In this document: positions 30,721 through 38,621 of the stretch, piece by piece
Position numbering within the stretch: the first letter of the stretch is position 1
Layout of the letters: every line of letters starts with the position of its first letter
NCBI GenBank assembly: GCA_046329885.1
Contig: JAXLTU010000011.1
Span: 14,184 to 78,183, forward strand
Direction: 5' to 3'
DNA: 64,000 nucleotides
Source of the DNA: Bacteroidales bacterium
Lineage (GTDB): Bacteria; Bacteroidota; Bacteroidia; Bacteroidales; VadinHA17
Translations under genes and position numbers: made by a program
Notes under the pieces: generated by a model
Told to the model about the DNA's origin: nothing
Seen by the model: only the letters and a program-made list of their open reading frames with translations
Databases searched by the model: none

Positions 30721-31332
30721 ATGAAAAAAACACTTTTGTTTTTCTCTTTTTTCGTGCTTTTTGCAGCGCTGAACGGGCAGGAAACTGGGAAAAGCAGGTT
30801 CTCGTGTTCCCTGTCGTGGAACCCCGTGTATTATGGACCTAACAAGAAATTCACTTTTGATGATGTTATAAAAACTTCATTTGGAGTGAATATCCATTTC
30901 AGGGTAATAGACAGATTGAATGCTTACACCGGTTTTGGTTTCCAGGAATGGCACAGAACTTACCAGGGCTGGAGTATCCTCTCAACCCTGGATCCCACGA
31001 AATCTGAAAAGTGGGGGAACAGCAGCATCAAAGTACCTTTAGGGTTAGAGTATTATCTTGAAAATGATAATAACAGGTTTACACCTTACCTTATGTCGGA
31101 ATTTGTCAACGAGTTTGATTACGCTTATGTTAAACAATACGACCTTGATGAACTGGTTTATATAGACAGCTCTCACTCATACACTAATTCTTTATTTCTG
31201 GGTGTTGGGGGGCTGATAAAGATCGATGGCTCGATGGCGGTTATAACGGAATTATCGGCCGGAACTAATCTGTACGAAGATGCATTCGAGGGCTACCAGA
31301 TAAGACTCAGGATTGGTATTTTGCTCAGGTAA
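30721..31332 (+). CDS. hypothetical secreted protein, probably a small outer-membrane beta-barrel
   Basis: Signal peptide MKKTLLFFSFFVLFAALNGQ and alternating aromatic/hydrophobic strands. I recognise no family. Confidence 0.4.
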   Translation: MKKTLLFFSFFVLFAALNGQETGKSRFSCSLSWNPVYYGPNKKFTFDDVIKTSFGVNIHFRVIDRLNAYTGFGFQEWHRTYQGWSILSTLDPTKSEKWGNSSIKVPLGLEYYLENDNNRFTPYLMSEFVNEFDYAYVKQYDLDELVYIDSSHSYTNSLFLGVGGLIKIDGSMAVITELSAGTNLYEDAFEGYQIRLRIGILLR

Positions 31333-31359
31333 ATTAATACTTGTCTTTAGAACCATGGT

Positions 31360-31677
31360 ATGAGCCGGTACAGATTCACAGGTCAATTGCAGGATTTAAT
31401 AGACAAAGCGGAGAGCGGGAGTGGAACAGATATTGATTTTATTATGATGAACCTTACCCCTGAATCGACTTTTGCTGTTACCCGTTATGTAGATTTCGCG
31501 CTTGGACTTGTAACGACCAGGCTAGGAATAAAAAGGATAGAACATTACCTTTTTAATGGTACACAGATACAACGCAATTACGCGAGTCTTTTCTTTAACC
31601 GTCGCGGCGATTGGGAAGTGGTGAAGAGAGCATTCAACCAGGGACTGATCGATGAGATTCAGGCATTTGCAAGATGA
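31360..31677 (+). CDS. hypothetical protein (105 aa)
   Basis: ORF only. It has no signal peptide and no motif I recognise. Confidence 0.4.
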   Translation: MSRYRFTGQLQDLIDKAESGSGTDIDFIMMNLTPESTFAVTRYVDFALGLVTTRLGIKRIEHYLFNGTQIQRNYASLFFNRRGDWEVVKRAFNQGLIDEIQAFAR

Positions 31678-31711
31678 CATGAAACGGAATTTCTGATCTT
31701 GAACTTTTACA

Positions 31712-32338
31712 ATGAGACTAATCGCCGGGATGAAGCCCATTATTTTGTCACTTGCAATTCTTTTTTTCTGCGATGACATTCTTAATTGTCAGGTACTGAT
31801 TCCAGTAAGGCTCGGGAACAGGAGAAATTTCGGTCCTATTGAATTAACAGCGATAGGAAGCTTTGGCCTTGTCAGGGTTGCTAGGGCGACAGTACCTGAA
31901 CATTTTCATACCGGTATTGATATAAAAAGACCGGGGAAGAATTATGAATCTGAACCGATTTTTGCTATCGCCACTGGTATCGTAATAAGCAAACGCACGG
32001 ATGGTCCATATTCGAATATTATAATTGAACACCTGATTAAAGGCAAAAATATCTGGACCGTTTATGAACATGTTGCTGGCATAAGACCGGGTGTTGGAGA
32101 TAAGGTCACCCCGTTTGATCCGATCGCCAGGTTCATGACCAGGGAGGAGCTTGACAGGTATGGCTGGCAATTTGACCATTTTCATCTGGAGATAATACGG
32201 GTTAAACCACGACAAATTAAACCAACATCAGATAACCCGGGTTGTCACTTCCTTTCCTATACCTTGATATGTCACACGCGGGAGGAGCTGGACAGATTCT
32301 ATTATGATCCTGTTACTTTCCTGAAAAACAATCTTTAA
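31712..32338 (+). CDS. M23 (LytM) family metallopeptidase-like protein
   Basis: HFHTGIDI (HxxxD) and DHFHLEI (HxH), with an N-terminal hydrophobic segment. Confidence 0.65.
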   Translation: MRLIAGMKPIILSLAILFFCDDILNCQVLIPVRLGNRRNFGPIELTAIGSFGLVRVARATVPEHFHTGIDIKRPGKNYESEPIFAIATGIVISKRTDGPYSNIIIEHLIKGKNIWTVYEHVAGIRPGVGDKVTPFDPIARFMTREELDRYGWQFDHFHLEIIRVKPRQIKPTSDNPGCHFLSYTLICHTREELDRFYYDPVTFLKNNL

Positions 32339-32506
32339 ACTGCCTATTGATGGCAGATGCTAGTTTGCCTTAATTGGGATTAATATCCATTTGTAGTGTT
32401 TTTTGGTATAACAATCTGACGATGGTAAGAAAAAAATTGTTCAGACAAAAAAACAGAACCCGGCCAAAATCATTAGTTCTCCTGGCTGTTTTTTGAAAAT
32501 ATAAAT

Positions 32507-32514
32507 TACTTTTG
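32507..32514 (+). promoter_or_regulatory. Bacteroidetes-type -7 promoter box upstream of corA
   Basis: TACTTTTG is an exact TAnnTTTG match, about 100 nt upstream of the ATG at 32618. Confidence 0.35.
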
Positions 32515-32617
32515 CCGCGTCAAAAACAAATTTATGGACGACTATCACCCTGGTAACTAATCTGGACAGAGGCTGACCTGTTTATCCTCTGTTCATTAAA
32601 AACGCGGAGGATTTATC

Positions 32618-33544
32618 ATGATTACCTATCTCAGGAACAACAACGGGTTAGCTTTCAGTGAAAAGTGGGAACCAAAATGTTGGATCAATGTCGAAGAGCC
32701 AACAAGTGATGAGAAGAATTACCTTCTGAATACTTTAAAGATCCCTGAAGCGTACTTTAATGACATTGAGGATATTGACGAACGTCCTCGTGTTGAGGTC
32801 GATGAAGGATGGTACCTGGTACTGACAAGGATCCCTTTCAAGAGCAATGACAAGAAGCTTCCCTTTTCAACAGTTCCACTTGGTCTGATATTCAAAGATG
32901 AGGTGTTCGTTTCGATCTGTTTTCACAAGACTGAAATGGTGACAGACTTCATCAACTACACCCGCAGGAAGCAGATCAGCAAGCAAGGTAATTTTGATCT
33001 TGCTTTAAGACTGATCCTTTCATCGAGCGTGTGGTATCTGAAGTATCTTAAGCAGATAAATCAAAATATCAAACTTGCCGAGGACAAACTTGAAAAATCT
33101 GTACGGAACGAGGACCTTCAGACCCTGTTACAGATAGAAAAGTGCCTCGTTTTTTTCACAACATCATTAAAAGGGAATGATGTGATAGTTAACAGGATAA
33201 AAAACATCAGGGAGCTCCGGGAAACGCTTGATCAGGAACTCCTGGAAGACGTTGATATCGAACTAAAACAGGCACTTGATACAACGAATATACACAGCGA
33301 GATCCTGAGCGGGATGATGGACGCATATGCATCTGTTATCTCAAATAATATCAGCGTAATAATGAAACAGCTGACATCCATTTCCATCATCCTCATGATC
33401 CCGACACTCATCGCCAGCCTTTACGGGATGAACGTTCCCAATTTTTTCCAGGATAACCCGATCGGTTTCTGGATCATCTTGTTAATATCGTTCTCTGTTG
33501 CGGCTCTTACGGTAATAGTCTTCATAAACAGGAAGTGGTTTTGA
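32618..33544 (+). CDS. corA: CorA family magnesium/cobalt transporter
   Basis: Two C-terminal TM helices with the signature YGMNVP. Confidence 0.85.
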   Translation: MITYLRNNNGLAFSEKWEPKCWINVEEPTSDEKNYLLNTLKIPEAYFNDIEDIDERPRVEVDEGWYLVLTRIPFKSNDKKLPFSTVPLGLIFKDEVFVSICFHKTEMVTDFINYTRRKQISKQGNFDLALRLILSSSVWYLKYLKQINQNIKLAEDKLEKSVRNEDLQTLLQIEKCLVFFTTSLKGNDVIVNRIKNIRELRETLDQELLEDVDIELKQALDTTNIHSEILSGMMDAYASVISNNISVIMKQLTSISIILMIPTLIASLYGMNVPNFFQDNPIGFWIILLISFSVAALTVIVFINRKWF

Positions 33545-33748
33545 CAGACAACCCGGGTGACGGAGGTCCTCGAATTCAGTTAATGATTCAGATAATTGAC
33601 ATGGAACTGGCTGGGAATTCTATAATAAACTAAATATTTCCTTTTACCTGTTATCAAGTCGTTTGAAAACGAGGGTGCCGGGTCGCTTAATTTATTTATA
33701 TTGCTGTAGCTAACCAAATCTCTCCCCGGGGTTTTAAAACTGACAGCA

Positions 33749-35521
33749 ATGGATGTGACAAGAAACTTTGACCTCTTAGACCGATACAAAGTACTATTCC
33801 GGAAAGACGATGCCTTGTGTTATAAGAAAGATGGGGCATGGAAAAAATTCAGCAGTTCGGAATACATAGATTTCTCGATGAATTTTTGTCATGGTCTGCA
33901 CGAGATGGGCTTCAGGAAAGGCGACAAGATAATCACTGTATCGACTAACCGCCCGGAATGGAATTTTATTGACATGGGCATGTCGATGATCGGAGTGGTT
34001 CATGTGCCTGTCTTCACCTCCTTGTCCCCGTCTGAATATGAATACATAATAAAGGACTCTGGTGCCAGGATGATCCTTGTTTCGGACAAGAAGATATTTA
34101 AAACAATGGCCCCCGTTTTGTGCGACACCAGGTTCACGGCAAGCGTCTACACGTTTGACGAGATACCAGGTGTTAAAAACTGGCTCGAAATAGTCGAACT
34201 TGGAAAAAGATGCGGCAAAGAATCAATAAGCGAGGTTGAGAACATCAAGAGCGAGGTGAAACCCGGCGACTTTGCAACCCTGATCTACACGTCTGGTACT
34301 ACCGGCAAGCCCAAAGGGGTAATGCTCAGCCAGGAAAACCTGGTTAGTAATTTTATTTCCGCTGCTTCAGTCTTCAACCTTAAATCATCGGATAAATATC
34401 TTAGTATACTTCCACTCTGTCACGTGGGAGGTCGAATGGGTAATTACCAGACACAATTCAGCGGGAGCAGTATATATTATGCAGAAAACATGGGGACCAT
34501 AGCCGCCAACATGCAGGAGATTCAGCCGGATGGCTTTGATGCTGTACCCAGGGTGCTCGAGAAATTCTACGAGGTTATCATATCAAAAGGGAAAAACCTT
34601 GCGGGAGTGAAGAAGATACTGTTCTTCTGGGCGGTAAGGCTGGGTCTAAGGTACAACCCGCATGGAGAGAACGGGTGGCTTTACGAGAGGAAACACAAAG
34701 TGGCTGATAAGCTGATTTTCAGCAAATGGAGGAAAGCTCTCGGGGGAAATGTAAGAATAGTCGGATGTGGCGGGGCAAGCCTGCAGCCAAGACTCGAGAG
34801 GGTATTCTGGGCAGCGGGTATCAAGGTTGTTAACATGTATGGACTCACCGAAACATCCCCAATAATAACGATCAACAGGACTGAAAAAGGAAGGGTGAAA
34901 CTTGGTTCTGTGGGACTACCCATAGAGGGGGTTGAAATAAAGATAACAGACGATGGAGAGATCCTGTGCAAGGGTCCTAACGTGATGCTTGGCTATTATA
35001 ACGACGTGGAGCTGACACGGTTGTCAGTCGACAATGAGGGATGGTTTCATACAGGCGATATTGGACATATAAGCAAGGGTGGCTTCCTGATGGTTACCGA
35101 CAGGAAAAAAGAGATATTCAAACTTTCAAACGGCAAGTTCATCGCCCCGCAGCAGATTGAAAATATTTTCAAGGAATCCCCGATCATAGATCAGATAATG
35201 GTTGTAGGCGAACATGAAAAATTCGCTAGCGCTCTCATCTCGCCGAATTTCAAATATTTCGACGACTGGAAGAAAAACAACAACCTCGAGATAGCATCTT
35301 CCGAGGAGCTGATACAACATCCCCAGGTTATATCGATGTTTTCTTCCGAAGTGAACAAATTAAACAAGCGCCTGAGTTCCTACGAGGGAATTAACAGGTT
35401 CAGGCTTGTAAAGGATGCCTGGAGCCCCGAAACAGGGGAGTTGTCGCCCACGCTGAAGCTTCGAAGGCATTACGTCCAGGAAAAGTACAAGTCGTATGTC
35501 GAGCAGATATACATGAAATGA
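33749..35521 (+). CDS. long-chain fatty acid-CoA ligase (AMP-binding)
   Basis: YTSGTTGKPKGV, YGLTETSP and TGDIGHISKGGFLMVTDRKKE. 590 aa. Confidence 0.85.
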   Translation: MDVTRNFDLLDRYKVLFRKDDALCYKKDGAWKKFSSSEYIDFSMNFCHGLHEMGFRKGDKIITVSTNRPEWNFIDMGMSMIGVVHVPVFTSLSPSEYEYIIKDSGARMILVSDKKIFKTMAPVLCDTRFTASVYTFDEIPGVKNWLEIVELGKRCGKESISEVENIKSEVKPGDFATLIYTSGTTGKPKGVMLSQENLVSNFISAASVFNLKSSDKYLSILPLCHVGGRMGNYQTQFSGSSIYYAENMGTIAANMQEIQPDGFDAVPRVLEKFYEVIISKGKNLAGVKKILFFWAVRLGLRYNPHGENGWLYERKHKVADKLIFSKWRKALGGNVRIVGCGGASLQPRLERVFWAAGIKVVNMYGLTETSPIITINRTEKGRVKLGSVGLPIEGVEIKITDDGEILCKGPNVMLGYYNDVELTRLSVDNEGWFHTGDIGHISKGGFLMVTDRKKEIFKLSNGKFIAPQQIENIFKESPIIDQIMVVGEHEKFASALISPNFKYFDDWKKNNNLEIASSEELIQHPQVISMFSSEVNKLNKRLSSYEGINRFRLVKDAWSPETGELSPTLKLRRHYVQEKYKSYVEQIYMK

Positions 35522-35548
35522 TAGCGGGTAAAACTCAATTGGTGTAAA

Positions 35549-36718
35549 ATGGAAATAATCAGGGTTACTGGCAATAAAACCAGGAAGATGTTCCTGTCTG
35601 TTGCAAGGACTATTTATAAAGATGATGAAACCTGGGTATGCCCGTTAGATAATGACATTAACGCCGTATTCGATCCTTCAAAGAATCCATACTTCAGGCA
35701 TGGTGAAGCCGAGCGGTGGGTGCTGGTTGATGAAACTGGACGACTGGCCGGTAGGATAGCTGCTTTCATAGATAAAAACACTGCCGGCACCTACGATCAG
35801 CCTACCGGCGGTACCGGGTTTTTCGAGTGCATTAATGATATGAACGCAGCAACCATGCTCTTCGACACTGCGAAGGAATGGCTGAAATCGAGAGGTATGG
35901 AAGCCATGGACGGTCCGATTAATTTCGGTGAGACGGACAAGCACTGGGGTCTGCTTGTTAACGGTTATACCCATCCGTCTTTCGACATAGCCTATAACCC
36001 CCCGTATTACCAGACCCTGTTCGAGAGTTATGGATTCCAGGTTTATTACAAGATGGAAGGCTTTCATCTCGATCTCGAGAAACCAATACCGGAACGTTTC
36101 ATCAAGATCGCCGAATGGGTTGCCAACAAGCCTGGCTATGAATTCAGACACTTTACCTGGAAAGACCAGGATAAGATGGTGAAAGACTTCGCGGAGGTTT
36201 TTAATGAAGCCTGGGCTTCCTTCAAAATAAATTTCGAGCCCCTGGAAGCCGATTACATAAAGGGTGTATTGCAGAGAGCCAGGGTGATACTGGAGGAAGA
36301 GTTTATTTGGATAGCATATTACGAAGGGAAACCCATAGGTATCTATCTAATGTTTCCTGATCTTAACCAGATTCTGAAACACCTCGACGGTAAACTTGAC
36401 CCGTTGTCAATACTTAAATTCCTGTGGCTAAAAAAGAAGAAAACGATGACAAGGGCCAGGGGTATGCTAATGGGTGTGATTCCAAAATACCAGGGACTTG
36501 GAATTGAATCAGCCTTCATATTCAAGTTAATCGATGTTTTCAAACGGAAACCGCATTACAAGGAACTGGAGTTCTCGTGGGTGGGCGATTTTAATCCCAA
36601 GATGAGGAAGATATTCGTTTCAGTCGGCAGCATTCCGGCAAAGAATTACATAACATACAGGTACCTTTTCGACAGGAATAAAGAGTTTAAACGTTATCCA
36701 ATACCAGATATAAAATGA
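35549..36718 (+). CDS. GNAT-fold acyltransferase-like protein of uncharacterised subfamily
   Basis: C-terminal GVIPKYQGLGIESAFIF resembles GNAT motif A (Q-x-x-G-x-G/A). The N-terminal half is unassigned. It is translationally coupled to the next gene (ATGA at 36715-36718). Confidence 0.5.
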   Translation: MEIIRVTGNKTRKMFLSVARTIYKDDETWVCPLDNDINAVFDPSKNPYFRHGEAERWVLVDETGRLAGRIAAFIDKNTAGTYDQPTGGTGFFECINDMNAATMLFDTAKEWLKSRGMEAMDGPINFGETDKHWGLLVNGYTHPSFDIAYNPPYYQTLFESYGFQVYYKMEGFHLDLEKPIPERFIKIAEWVANKPGYEFRHFTWKDQDKMVKDFAEVFNEAWASFKINFEPLEADYIKGVLQRARVILEEEFIWIAYYEGKPIGIYLMFPDLNQILKHLDGKLDPLSILKFLWLKKKKTMTRARGMLMGVIPKYQGLGIESAFIFKLIDVFKRKPHYKELEFSWVGDFNPKMRKIFVSVGSIPAKNYITYRYLFDRNKEFKRYPIPDIK

Positions 36719-38145
36719 AGTATGATATCATAGTAATCGGTGGCGGCCTTGGTGGACTTACCGCCGGTGCCAAGCTATCAAAAGAAGGGAAGAAAGTATT
36801 GCTCATTGAACAACACAGTATTCCGGGTGGATGTGCAACAACCTTCAAGCGGGGTGATTTTACACTGGAGGTTGGCCTGCACGAGATGGATGGACCTGGC
36901 CCGCGTGATATGAAGACCCGGATATTCAACGATCTTGGTGTTTTTTCAAACGTTACCTTTCCCAGGGTTCCGGAATTTTACAGATTTGTCAGCGACCGTG
37001 TCTCGGTTACAGTACCACACGATCCTGTAAAGGCTGCTGATGTCCTTACAGAACTGTATCCCGGTGAAGCAGCAGGTATAAAATCATATTTTGAACAAAT
37101 CCTCAATCCAAGGAAAAAGGGTGCGGAAAATGAAGTAAAGGAAACGAGTATTGGAGAGTATCTCGATTCAATAATTGCCAATGATGATCTCAAACTGATA
37201 CTGCTGGGCAATCTGGGATATTTTCACGACGATCCTTACTCTTTGTCATTGGCTTATTATACGATTGCCCAGGGAAGCTATTATTCGGGAGGTGCAAGTT
37301 TTATAAAGGGCGGCTCACAGTCTCTTTCCGACTATCTTGCAGGCTATATAAGAACTCATGGAGGGGAGGTGCTTCTGAGCCATCTTGTAACAGGTATCAA
37401 TACAGCCGATGGGAAAGCAGTTGGGATAAGCTTTAAGAAGAAAGGGAGCAATGATATTCTGGAGGTATACGCGGACGAGATAATAGCAAATTCTGCATTG
37501 CCCGACCTGCCTGCTTTACTACCGGGTGAATTAGGAAAGAGCCTTGAAAACGAGATTGAAGGCCCGAGGGCTGGGGCCTCGCTCCTAACGCTTTACCTGG
37601 GTTTTAACAAACCGCCGAAAGAGCTTGGGAACAAGTTCTATTCAACCTGTGTTTTTGATGGTTCTGTACGATCCCAGGCCGATATCTTTAATAACGGGCG
37701 AGATGACTTTTCGAGGAGGGACTTCATTTTTGTCGATTATGGCCAAATTGATTCCGGACTTGCAAATGGGAACAAAAGTGTTGGTGCAGTCTGCTGTATA
37801 GATTATCTCGACCAGTGGTCGGGCCTGGGAAGAGAAGAATACAAGGAGCGCAAGGAACAGGTAGCCTCAGTATTGATAGACAGGTTGGATAAAATCGTAC
37901 CGGGGATAAAAAGCACTATCGGGTATCACGAGGTTGGTACCCCGGCGACGGTGAAGCGTTATACTCTTAACCCGGGAGGAGCTGTATATGGGTACGCCCA
38001 GACTCCTTCAAGGAAGATAGTTGACCAGCTTAAATCGGTCGAAAACCTGCATATAGCATCTGCCTGGGGCAGGACCGGAGGGGGATTTTCAGGGGCTATC
38101 TACGGCGGTTACCTGTGCGCTTTAAATATTTTGAGGAAGAGGTAG
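36715..38145 (+). CDS. NAD(P)/FAD-dependent oxidoreductase, phytoene desaturase (CrtI/RetSat-like) superfamily
   Basis: YDIIVIGGGLGGLTAGAKLSKEGKKVLLIEQHSIPGGCATTF. My reading of the printed sequence near 38100 differs from the track end coordinate by one base, so the 3' end is +/-1. Confidence 0.8.
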   Translation: MKYDIIVIGGGLGGLTAGAKLSKEGKKVLLIEQHSIPGGCATTFKRGDFTLEVGLHEMDGPGPRDMKTRIFNDLGVFSNVTFPRVPEFYRFVSDRVSVTVPHDPVKAADVLTELYPGEAAGIKSYFEQILNPRKKGAENEVKETSIGEYLDSIIANDDLKLILLGNLGYFHDDPYSLSLAYYTIAQGSYYSGGASFIKGGSQSLSDYLAGYIRTHGGEVLLSHLVTGINTADGKAVGISFKKKGSNDILEVYADEIIANSALPDLPALLPGELGKSLENEIEGPRAGASLLTLYLGFNKPPKELGNKFYSTCVFDGSVRSQADIFNNGRDDFSRRDFIFVDYGQIDSGLANGNKSVGAVCCIDYLDQWSGLGREEYKERKEQVASVLIDRLDKIVPGIKSTIGYHEVGTPATVKRYTLNPGGAVYGYAQTPSRKIVDQLKSVENLHIASAWGRTGGGFSGAIYGGYLCALNILRKR

Positions 38146-38155
38146 GGGGGGAAGG

Positions 38156-38211
38156 TTGTAGAGTTGTAAAGTTGTAAGGTTGTAAAGTTGTAGGGTTGTA
38201 AAGTTGCAGGG
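38156..38211. repeat. tandem octamer repeat, 7 units of GTTGTAAA-like sequence
   Basis: GTTGTAGA GTTGTAAA GTTGTAAG GTTGTAAA GTTGTAGG GTTGTAAA GTTGCAGG. It begins about 10 nt after the oxidoreductase stop and follows a G7-8 run. Coordinates are +/-1. Confidence 0.8.
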
Positions 38212-38229
38212 AACCGGCATGGTATTGCC

Positions 38230-38276
38230 CAAAAAAAAAGCGATGGTGTGAGGTAACTTACTCGCTCTCGCTCACA
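38230..38276 (-). terminator. possible terminator downstream of tRNA-Leu
   Basis: On the minus strand, GTGTGAG...CTCACAC forms a 7-bp stem with an 18-nt loop, then 6 nt, then a T9 run (A9 at 38230-38238 on the plus strand). The geometry is not ideal. Confidence 0.3.
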
Positions 38277-38294
38277 CTCTCGCTCTGTTTAATG

Positions 38295-38378
38295 TACCCG
38301 GAGCCGGGATCGAACCGGCACAGTATTGCTACCACTGGTGTTTGAGACCAGCGCGTCTACCAATTCCGCCATCCGGGC
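38295..38378 (-). tRNA. tRNA-Leu (anticodon CAA)
   Basis: 84 nt: GCCCGGATGGCGGAATTGGTAGACGCGCTGGTCTCAAACACCAGTGGTAGCAATACTGTGCCGGTTCGATCCCGGCTCCGGGTA. The anticodon stem is CTGGT/ACCAG with loop CTCAAAC. There is a long variable arm and a T-arm GCCGG-TTCGATC-CCGGC. Position 1-72 is a G-U pair, and CCA is not encoded. Confidence 0.9.
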
Positions 38379-38429
38379 ATATATTACAAGGTAGACAAAA
38401 AAGACTCCAATAAAATTAAACAACGTGCT

Positions 38430-38531
38430 ATGCCCAAACTGATGGCGGAATTGGCCTGCGCTCAAACCTGGCTCCTCGCTGAAACAGCCCACCGGGCTAT
38501 TTCTTATCGCTCGGCCCTGCCATCCGGGCAT
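38430..38531. other. tRNA-Leu-derived partial duplications forming a roughly 100-nt imperfect palindrome
   Basis: GATGGCGGAATTGG (38441-38454, plus strand) is identical to tRNA positions 6-19 but inverted. GCCATCCGGGCAT (38519-38531) is a direct copy of 38368-38380 (the tRNA 5' end plus 2 nt). The two ends (ATGCCC..GATGGCGG / CTGCCATC..GGGCAT) can base-pair. Confidence 0.6.
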
Positions 38532-38621
38532 TAAAAACCTTCAGACAATTTTAAACCAACAGCTTCAAACAACTCTCTGTAAAGTGGCTGCGAAAATAAC
38601 AATTATTTTTATTTTTCACTG

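Noticed and set aside
32339-32617. M-box (ykoK) magnesium riboswitch upstream of corA
   Set aside because: No M-box-like conserved blocks are recognisable, and the leader is too short after the likely promoter (about 100 nt). Only a simple hairpin remains, and that is reported separately.
38156-38211. CRISPR array
   Set aside because: The units are 8 bp, contiguous and without spacers, and there are no cas genes. It is a microsatellite-type tandem repeat.
38289-38531. 80-aa minus-strand ORF
   Set aside because: It is read through the tRNA-Leu gene and its partial duplications. It is an artefact of an RNA-coding region.
38430-38531. Possible SRP (4.5S) RNA or a second tRNA
   Set aside because: The segment folds end-to-end like 4.5S RNA, but I could not find the conserved helix-8 elements (GGAA tetraloop, AGCA/GGAAGCAGC) on either strand. 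It has no T-arm (GGTTCGAATCC-like) either. The similarity is to the 5' half of the neighbouring tRNA-Leu instead.
38146-38621. tRNA-associated integrated element or att site
   Set aside because: There is no integrase, excisionase or other mobile-element gene on either side. The duplicated tRNA pieces are 5' rather than 3' segments, and they enclose only about 140 bp.
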